From Zancudomyces culisetae HAW-14-8 (Eukaryota; Fungi; Kickxellomycota): a stretch of DNA of 64,000 nt. Where the stretch lies: contig JBNJNM010000011.1 in the NCBI GenBank assembly GCA_052426225.1, positions 1,302,001 through 1,366,000 of the forward strand, given 5' to 3'. Numbering within the stretch: the first letter of the stretch is position 1; every line of letters starts with the position of its first letter. Both the position numbers and the translations under genes were made by a program. A model generated the notes under the pieces. That model saw nothing but the letters and a program-made list of their open reading frames with translations. It was not told where the DNA came from and searched no databases. Below are positions 10,736 through 21,000 of this stretch, piece by piece.

Positions 10736-11816
10736 TTGTGAGTTTTAGTGCAGGTTGAATTATCGAATTGTCTATCCAAATTTTGTTGATCGAAAAACTT
10801 GAAATGTTATGCACCTAGAAGAATAGATCAGATATGCGCTGTAAACTAGTAATAAAAGTAAAAAAAATTACTTTTTAACGAGTAATGCCTCAACCGGTGG
10901 TGTATTGAGTTCTAGTTTTATACTAATACAGTTCAGCTATTGTAGGTATGAACACAAATTTATTTGGGTTAATTTTCTGACTTATTTCACATGATTCTTA
11001 CCAGTAATTTAACATCTAACATTCTGTAAATTCACGTCTATTTATCTCATTATTATTTTGATGGGAATATTTTCAAGTGAAATGAATGAGTTTATATTAA
11101 ACAGTTAACCTTGTAACAGATCTCCCAGCAACTCGAATTGCCCAGTTTCAATGCGAATAAAAGTTTTTGGAAAAAATGAACTTTTATCTCGGGTCTGATA
11201 AAAAAAATACCCTTTCTAACTACCGAGAATATAGTATAGATGCAAATATCATCTCACTCTAGAATTCGTCAGGTTCGATTTCAATACTTGGGTGGTTACT
11301 AAATGATGGAAATAAGCATCCAAGCACTAAGCAAGGTTTGATCCTGTACCAGCTACTTTTAGTTTTTGCTAAAGTAATGATGTATCAAGACCCCGCTAAC
11401 AAGATCGACCTGCAGTACGTATACAGTATGGTATTTATATGGTCGCTTAAATCCCGGGATCTACTCATTACATCTTTCAGTTGTCCTTGTATGTCTACAA
11501 GAAAAATAGCATTAACAATGAATATTATTGCATAGATTCTGTGCACTCAACCAATCACTAATCGGGACTTGGTGTTTAGCTATTTAGAGCACAGAAAATA
11601 GCATTTTGGAGAATGAAAATAATGTCAGTAAATGATTGGACAAACAGAAAAAAAACAAAGAAATTAACCTTAAATAGTGATACGTAATTATGGTTCATTT
11701 TCTACTCGAGGCTTAAAATACAAAAGTTGGCTAAAATACAAACCCTTGAGATCGGCAAAAGATTTATCTGAACTAAAAGCGAATAGCGAAAAAAGGGACA
11801 ATCAGGCTGTGAGAAA

Positions 11817-12870
11817 ATGGCACGACAAACTTGGAGGGATAGTGAGGCTTATCATGCTTATTTGAGTATATCAATGGTTACAAGATACATGCTGACTGCT
11901 ACTGCTGTCGGGTCACTCATGCTGATTTTAAAATTATACCCATACTATCTGTTTTTAAATTGGAATCAAGTAATCAAAAGATTTGAGGTAATTAATAAGT
12001 ATAATTAGTGGTTATCCTTTTTTCTTGAAACTGTCAATGAAGTATACAACATTGACGGAATACAACAATTTCGTTTTTAATCCCCCCCACCCCCTCCATC
12101 TCCTTCGTGAGAGGGGATATTAATGTACTTGACAAAGATTATTAACTTGATGGCAAAAAAAATACACGTAAATATGATAGATCTGGCGAATGTTGACTTG
12201 CTTTTTTGTGCTCCCACCCAAACTGAATAGTTTGTTTTCGGTGATAAATTTCTATAAATTTTCCTTGGAAGTTGAAAAAAAGATATTCAATGAGATGGCA
12301 GCGGAGTATGCCTGGTTTATAACTTTTTGTATGGCGACGATTCTATCATTGTCAGCATATGAAAATACGGTTATATATTTTGACGGGATAATGCTGGCGG
12401 TTGTGCAATTATGGGCGTCGTATAATGCCGGTAAGACAGTAAACTTTATGTTTGGGTTCAAAATTAACGCAGAATACTTATCGCTTGCGTTTATTGGAAT
12501 TGAATTTCTGCTAAGCGGTGGAAGGATGCCATGGGATATGATATATGGCTATGTGGCAGCAAGAATATACTACTATCTTACAGTTGAGTATCCATCTCAG
12601 AGAGGGGGGATTAATTATATGAAAACACCGCAGATATACTACAGAATATTCAGTCAGGAACCCAATGCCAGAATAATCAGCGTAACAGAGAGAGCAAACG
12701 CCGGGCGTGCGACCAACACAGAATCATCAGGATTTCACACATTTAAACCTACAGGAACACCACTCGGGAAACGAGGAGAACAAAGTACGAGTAGTGGTGG
12801 AACGACAGCGGCGCCATATGCAGCAACTAGTGGTGTGGTTTGGGGCAAAGGGAGAAAGCTAGGCGGGTAG
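11817..12870 (+). CDS. DFM1: Derlin (rhomboid pseudoprotease, ERAD) with C-terminal SHP box. Exons 11817-11987 and 12181-12870.
   Basis: Splicing gives VTRY...FE|IWRMLTCFF (derlin WR motif), VNFMFGFKINAEYL, YYYLTVEYP, and a Cdc48-binding SHP-like WGKGRKLG. Confidence 0.85.
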
Positions 12871-13570
12871 ATGTCACAGCACATTTCATTGTGAATCTGA
12901 GAGTGTTGGTATATTGCAGTATGTTATAGTATAGTATATTATATTATATCATTTCAGTGTACAAGTAGATTAATAAAAGCATTTTTTTAAATGTATTTGG
13001 ATATTTATAAAAGAGATCCATTTTAAAACACTTAAAACTAAATTACAGCAGTGGCTTTGGGGATGGACAATAAATATGTATATAATATACACAAGATGAA
13101 CTCGCATATAGTCGATAGGATAGTGGGATGATTTATGATTTGCGACAGAGTTAGGATTGTAACTGGACACATGTTACTTCATTTGCATCTCTAACTAGGA
13201 AATTATAAGCAATATATTTTTGGGAATTTGAGCATTTGGGCTTCGTGTAGCCAAAACTGTAAAATCTTCGATAGCTTGGGAAATGTAGATAGAGTATGGT
13301 ACGGGGAGAAACGGGATTTGTAAATTAAATTGAATGTCAAAATTTGAGATTCCGATTCGCTGCAAGAAGTGTAAAATGTTTAAAAAAATAACACAATTAT
13401 AGGAAAAGGAATGAGCAAAAAGGCTGACCAAAGAAAGCATTGACTATTTCTAATATTTTAGCAGTTTAGCAGTTTAGCAGTTTGGTAGTTTGGTAGCTCA
13501 ATTCAAGGATTCAAGAGTAGACATAGTAAACATTCTGCATCAGTAATAGCATAATACAGTTGTAAACAAG

Positions 13571-16500
13571 ATGATGTCGGAGCAAGAAAAACAAAAGAAA
13601 GTGCTGGCGGCTAGAAAAAAGGTAAACAATCGCTATGTTCATAAAAAAGAAGTGTTTTGGATAGTAGTTTGGATAAATGTACAAGTACACCAGGTATATG
13701 GACGCTAATTAATAGTTGAAATTCGATATATAATTTAAATAGCTAAAGCAATTTCAGAATAAAAAGGCAAGTGGAAGCGCCGAAACAAAAGGCAAATCAC
13801 AAGAAGATAAAAAGGAAGAAACACCCAATACGCGCGAACAAAGCGCAGAAACAGAGACACAAGTACGCGCTACCGAACTCACCGGACCCACTGCAGCTAT
13901 CGAACCCGCAAAACCTACAGAGCCAAAAGAAACAACACCAGAGACAGCAGTAGAGGTTTTACAAGAAGATGAGAAGGAAACGGAACGTATGGGGTTGGGA
14001 ATAATTCAAGAGGGAGGTAATGAGGAGGGGAATGAAATAAATCCTAACGAGCAGCAGCCCGGAAAAAGTATGGAAAGAACAAGCTCCAATGATAGTACGA
14101 TGAAGGCAAGGGCGTTATCTAGTGGAACAAAGGATGATCAACGAGATCGAGCACAAATAGCGGATTTGGCAAGGAGCAAACTCCGACTAGAAGCCGAAAA
14201 CAAGAAAATCAAAGCAAGGAACGCTGAATTGGAACGTCTAGTGCAAGCTAAAGAGTCCGAGCTTGAGTCTGTACAGAAAAATATAGTAGAGCTAAACAAT
14301 AGTCAGCGGGAAATAGCCAAGCAAATGGATGCAACAAAGGAGTTTGAACAGAAACTGGTGGAAAAGTATGAAGAAATGATAGAAAGTGTGACAAAGGAGA
14401 AGGAGGATATGCAGAAGAATCTAGAAAAGCGTATCGCAGCAGAGCAAGTAAAGAGAAATGAAGAAGTTGAGCGGATTACTCAAGAAAAAGAACTAGCAAT
14501 AAAAGAGGTAACGAAAGAGAAGGAAAACGTTAAAGAAAATTTGGAAAAGCGTATCGCAGAGGAAGAGATGAAGAGAAAGGAGGAAATCGAGCGGATTACA
14601 CAAGAAAAGGAATTAGCAATAGAAAAGATAATAAAGGAGAAAGAAGACATTCAAGAGAGGTTGGAAACACGTATCGCCGAAGAGGAAGGGAAGATAAAGA
14701 AAGAGATTGATCAAGCTATTCAAGAAAAGCAAATGGCAATAGAAGAGGTAGCAAAAGAGAAAGAAAACATTAAAGAGAGTTTGGAAAAGCGTGTCGCAGA
14801 GGAGGAAATGAAGAGGAAAGAGGAGATTGAACGGATTACTCAAGAGAAAGAAGTAGAAATAGAAAAAATAATAAAGGAAAAAGAAGGTATTCAAGAGAGG
14901 TTGGAAAAGTGTATCGCTGAGGAAGAGATGAAGAGAAAGGAGGAAGTTGAACGGGTTATTCGAGAAAAAGAATTAGCAATAGAAGAGATAACGAAAGAGA
15001 AGAAAAGCATTCAAGAGAGTTTGGAAAAGCGTATAACAGAAGAGGAGGTAAAGAGGAAGGAGGAAGTTGAACGGGTTATCCGAGAAAAAGAAGAAATGGA
15101 AAAACGGCTAAGAGCTGAGGAAGAGACGAAGAGTAATATGTTAAGAGAGGGTGCAGAGGAAATGAAGAGACAACTGAGCTCAAGTATTGAGGAGAGTAAT
15201 AGGGAGAATGAGGAACTAAAGAAGGCAATGGAAGCTAAGGAAGAGGAAAATCGCCAACTATTGGAGAAGATAGATGAAATAAAAATGATACGAGAGGGAC
15301 TGGAAGGGAAAATGGAAAATGAGGAAAAGGAGAGAGAGAAGGAGAAGAGTGAACTATTGGAAAAGATAAATGAAGTTACAAGGGAAAAGGTGGAGTTGGA
15401 GGATAGCTTACGGATCAAGGAGGAGGAGAAGGATGATTTGATGGAAAAAAGTAATGAATTGGCAAGAGCCAAAAAAGTGCTAGAAGGGAAAATTACAATG
15501 AAGGAGCAGGAGAAGAGTGGACTGATGAAAAAGGTGAAAGAGCTGACAAAAAACAAGGAGGTATTGGAGGGGAAATTGGTGGAAAAAGAACAAGAGATGG
15601 AAGCAAAAGTGGGACAGTTAAAAACCGAGACGGAAAGAATTACGATGGAAAACGGAAAATTGAAAAAGGAAGTTGAGAATGAAATGGTTGAAAAGGAAGA
15701 GGGAATAAGGCGGATGGAAGAGGAAATGAGGCAGAGAATTGGAGAAATGAAGCAAGTGATAGCGGTGAAAGAGCAAGAGAATTTAGAAAAGGCTCAACAG
15801 TTGGAGGAGAAGGATGCGAGAATAGAGGAAATCTTACAAGAGAGGAAGGGGTATGCACAAGAGAAGGAGCATGAGATAAAAAAGTTGCGTGATATACACG
15901 CACAAGAAATTGTGGAGCTGAGACGAGAAAGCGAAAGGATGTTGGAGGAGGCGAATGATGTGGGCGTTCAAGAGCGCGAAGCGATGCTTAAGAAGAAGGA
16001 AGAGGATATGCAGGCGAAAATGACACAAGAGCTGGAAGCACAGAGGGAGCAATTGGAAGCGGAAAGAACCAAGAGAATTGAGCAGCTAACAGTAGAGAAG
16101 GAGGAGGAGCAGGAGAAGAGGATTAATGAGATTAAGCAGAACAAGGATGAGGAAATAGTGGCGATAAAAGAGCAGTTTGAGGGAAGGCTAAGCCAGGTTC
16201 AACTTGAATATGAAGCGCGTGTTGAAGAAATGAACAAGTTACACAGTGAACAAGCTGAGCAGATGGAAAAGCGATTGAAAGAGGGACAAGAGGAGATGGA
16301 AAGGACAGTAATAAGAAAGGAAGAAGAAAAGAAAGAGTACGTGGGTAAAATGAAGGAGCAGATGAAGATGCGAATAAAAGAGATGGTAGAACAACGACAG
16401 CAGATGGAGCAGAAACACGGGGATGAGGTGTTGCAGCTACGTAAGAAGATGGAAGAAAAGGAAGCTGAGGCGCAAAGTATGAGAAAAAAACTTGAGGAGG

Positions 16501-17960
16501 ATATTGAAGCGATTCGTAGACAAAAGGAGGAATTGGAAGATGAAGGGAAGAAAATGATTAAAGCGATGGAAATAAAAATGGGAGAGGTTTTACTTGAAAA
16601 GGAGGCAGGAATTCAAGAAAAACAGGATGAAATGGACGCAAAGGTACAGCACATGAAGGAGGAAAAGCAGCGAGAAGTTGAAGAGGCTATTAACACACGA
16701 GAGGAAATGTTGAAGGAGTTGAAGAAACAAAAGGAGAATGAGATTGCCCAGCTTTTAAGAGAGAGGGAACAGTTGCAGCAGACAAATAGTGATAGAGTGC
16801 GAGAATTGCAGCAAGAGATGGACAAGAAGGTCGAAGAGATCATAAATGAAAAGGCACAAGAAATCGAAAGGATTGTTCAAGAGAAAGAACAAGAAAAGAG
16901 TGAACGAGAAAAGGAGCTAGTTGATGCACACCAACAACAGGTGCAGCAAATAAAACAGCAGGCAAAGAAGCGAGACCACAGCTACACACAGCAACTTCAG
17001 CAGCTCCAACAGGCTAAAAGTGACATCGAACGAGAAAGAGATGAGGCAATTGCACAGGGAAAGCAGAAGATAGCAGAGCTTGAGCAGTTGATTAGCGACC
17101 ACCAGAATAAACACCAGCAAATGGTAGCAGCCAACGAAGCGGCACAACAGGAGTATCAAAGCCGACAGAACGAAATGCAAAAACAGATGGATGGACAGGC
17201 GAGCGAGATAGACCAGCTGAAACAACAGCTCCAGGAGCAATCAGATAAGGTAACTGACCTGAACCGCCAGGTAGCCGAAAAAACGAAAGAATTGAAGAAA
17301 CAAGAAAAAGTGACCAAGGGGGTCAATTTGCAGCGCGAAGCAGCAAACAAAATGGCTAAAGAATTAGGTGAACGCATTAACGAGATGACAAAGCAGCATG
17401 AAACCGAGATAAACGCGAGAGATGAACAAATGAAATCAATAGTGGAGCAAAGTGCACAACGCGAGCAAGAAGCTGCAACCACGCTTGAAAATCTACACAA
17501 AGAACTTGAAGAAACCAACGTACGGCTTGGCGATGTAATTGCCAAACTTTCCGCAAAGGAGACCGAAACGGATGAATTAAAAACGCAAGAAAAACAACAT
17601 TTACAACGAATTGGGGAGCTGGAAGATGCACAGAATTCTAGCGAGCAACTAATCCAACAAATAAAGACCCAGTTGAGCGATGCAGCAGCTGAATCACAGC
17701 GTGCTAGAGAAGAATTTGCCAGTAAACTGGAGGAGCTGAATGGTACACACACGTCAGAGCTTCAAAAAATCCACACTACTCTTGATCATCAAACCAAGAA
17801 AACTGATGATTTGCAAACCGAACTTGGCCAGACTAATCAGACACTCGCCGAAACAAAAGAACAGTTGGACGCTACACGAGCTCGGCTGAGTGACTGTATA
17901 GATTTGGTTCTGGCCAATCAAAACACTTTGGCTACCCAACTTTGTAAATTTAAGAATTGA
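13571..17960 (+). CDS. Long coiled-coil golgin-like protein (about 1422 aa) with a GM130/Bug1-type basic N-terminus. Exons 13571-13621 and 13743-17960.
   Basis: The GT-AG intron 13622-13742 joins MMSEQEKQKKVLAARKK to LKQFQNKK, in frame with ORF 13989-17960. The rest is E/K/Q-rich coiled coil. Confidence 0.75.
14380..15095 (+). repeat. Coding tandem repeat, 120 bp / 40 aa unit, about 6 copies
   Basis: LE(K/T)(R/C)(I/V) units start at 14421, 14541, 14661, 14781, 14901 and 15021. Confidence 0.92.
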
Positions 17961-18073
17961 AATAATAATACTTTTAAAGACACTGCATATACGAAACGAA
18001 TTAAAACGAAATAAAACGAAATGAAACGAAATGAAATGTTGTACCTCTTTGAAAATGAATCTATCGTTATTGT

Positions 18074-21000
18074 TTATTTTTTTGAATTATTAAATAAATC
18101 GCTTTTTTTAAGACAAGTATAATGTACAAACACCATCTCATTATCCATTATATTATGTTGGTACTGTTTATAACTATTCAAAAACCTAAACTTCTCCATA
18201 TCGTCATTACCACTTCCATTATCGTGCTTAGAAACTCTGGTAGATTGTCTTTGTCCACTACCCAGTCTTGGTTGATTATCATTGACCCAAAGATGTACTG
18301 ATGGTAACAATTTATAGTTATTAAATGTAATTTTGGTAGTATGGTTGTTGTACATCTCGGTCTCCATGTTGGAATTCCCACCCTCTGGATTACTCTTTCC
18401 TAGCTGCTTTTCTTTTTTGTTTTGTTCAACTGTATATAAACTCGCATTCTCATCATTGGTATTGCTGGTGCTGTTAAAATGTTCACAATCATATGGCAAG
18501 CTGGAATATACCGTCAAATCATTTCCATACCCACTAAACGATTTGTATCTGAATTGTCGATCTCTAGCAGCCAAAGTCACATCCACATCCACATCCAAAT
18601 CTACACCTACACCTACACCTACATCTACATTGGCATCCGAATTCCGTTGACATTTTTGTTCCTGCTCAAACGCCTTGGACCTAATCCCTACAAAGTCATA
18701 ATCAGTAACCACCAATTTCTTGAAACAAATCCGGCAGTATCTTCCCTCACCCAATCCCATCTTTCTAATACTTTCACCCCTATTTCTACCTGCACTTGTA
18801 TTTCTTTGCACATCGCTCGGCTTCATATTTGGTGACGAAAGCATTTGTTTTGCACCTGAAATTGCTGTTCCTGTTGTGTTTGTTCTTGTCACTGCTGATG
18901 AGTATGTATTGTTAAACGTACCAAAATAGTAATACGTTTGTGTTTCATACATCTTTAGCCTCGTTTGCAGCTCACTGTTGTATCCCCGATATACATCCAT
19001 GTATTGTTCCTGCTGTTGAATCATGCCCTGTGTTGTATAATACTGGAGTGTCAGATAGTCAACTAGTTTATTTAATTCGTAGTCGTCTGGAATTACTGCT
19101 GCCATCTGATCTCCATTTTTGTCTTTGCCTTTGTCTTTGTCTAGTTCGTTACTATTAGTAGCATCATCTACCATCAACATTTGATTGATATCCAGTTTTT
19201 CTCCTTTGGTTCTGATCATTTTGTCTACATATTCCATCAGCCATTTGACAATTTTGCCATTTTGACTTGTCTTACTCGCTTCGTTACAGTAACTAATTAG
19301 GCTTTTGAATAGTAGTATGTATATGTTGGGATTTTCCTGTACAAATACTACACAATAATCTTCCAATACCTCCATTTCCTCCAACCTTTTGTCAGTTTCA
19401 TCTCCATTTAGGCTTTGATCGTGTGTTTTCTTGTATTCAGCAATTACATATTCCAACATCATACTGATTCCAAAACTATATCGCTGCAATTTGCCCAAAA
19501 CTATTGCTCGTTCTTTAATCAAAACATACTTGGTACCATCACCATCACCACCACCACTACTCTTTTTATTACTGTGCTTTTGTATTAGAGATTCTAACTT
19601 TTGCAATGTCCTTTCATAATTGTATTGCTTGCTCTCACTCAAAAATCTGTACAACTTGTCGCCATATTGTTTAACTACAAGTTGTCCCCTTTCAAGCTTT
19701 TCATTCAACTCTATCAAGTAGTAGTCAATCAGCTTATCATTCAAAACCCGTTGTTCATAATCCATTATTTTTTCTTTTTCTCTTTTTCTTTCCCTCTCAA
19801 CTCTTATACTTGACATTTCATTCTCATTCTCGTTTTTATTTTCCGCCAACATTTCTTTTTCCTTTCGTTGTTGATCTTTAACATAATGTTCTAAATAATA
19901 TATCGCTAGCCTGATATCAACTTGTCGTAGATACTCGCTTATTCTTAATACCATTGTCATTGTCTCTTCCTCGCCTCTCCCTCTTCCTCTTCCATTTACT
20001 GTTGTTGTTGGTGTTGGTGTTGTTGGTGTTGTTGGTGTTGTTGGTGTTGTTGGTGTTGTTGGTGTTGTTGGTATTTTTGGTGTTTTTGTTTCAGATAGAT
20101 TTTGTGCTTTTTGTGTAGATTGTCCATACACTTGAGACTTAGCACTATAATTTCCATATATAAATATCCCAGAAATAATTTTTCTCTGCTTTTCAACATC
20201 TCCACTATGTGATTTTAATGGTTCTACCAAATACTGCAAGATCACATCAACATTTTCGTATAAATCCAATCTACTCAAATACCGAATTATCATTGCTTCT
20301 TTTTCCTCCTTTTCCTCATCAGTATACATCCTGATTATCAGGTCCAATGCCTTCTTATGCAGCCCTTTTCCATTATACAGATCCACCAAGTACTTGGCAT
20401 GATCAATTTTCTTACCATTCACATCCCCATTACCACCAGGCTGTGGTAATAGTATTTCTTCAGCCTTCATCACATCACAATAATTCTTTACTCGCACCAA
20501 TGACCCCGCCAAACTAGGAAATGTATCTATATACACTCTTAGCAATTCGCTATCAACCTGTCCAAACACCTCCTCTATCATCAATCGCTGCTTCTTGAAT
20601 TCTATTCCCATAACCACATTACGGCGCTTCCCAACGTGTGTATATTCGATTGTACCGCATTCGTTGTTCGTCTGTGCCTTTTGTAACCGTCGTCGTTGCT
20701 CTACTAAATAGTCCATCAACTCTCTGTTATACCTCTTCCGGCTCTCTTTTTCCACCACATCTTTTCTTTTTCTTGCTTGCTCTCGTTTCTCTTTCTCTTT
20801 CTCTTTCTCTTTCTCTTTTTCATTGTCATCGTTTTCCACTTCCACTTCCACTTCCTGATTTTGATTATGATTTTGATTATGATTTTGCTCCTCTACAGAC
20901 TGCTTATCATTACTTTTGAATTTAACGCCTTCTGTACCATCGTTCCCTTTTTCGTCCTCATTGTTTTTATTCTCAAATATTGTTTCATAAATCTCAATAA

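Noticed and set aside
11255-11290. GGTTCGATT B-box/tRNA T-loop-like motif
   Set aside because: No T-stem or cloverleaf can be formed.
14380-15095. Regularly spaced repeats as a CRISPR array
   Set aside because: In-frame coding tandem repeat with no unique spacers, in a eukaryotic gene.
14613-17939. Many F/S/L-rich antisense ORFs over the golgin gene, and similar ones over VPS39 and the PPR-like gene
   Set aside because: By-products of purine-rich, low-complexity sense strands.
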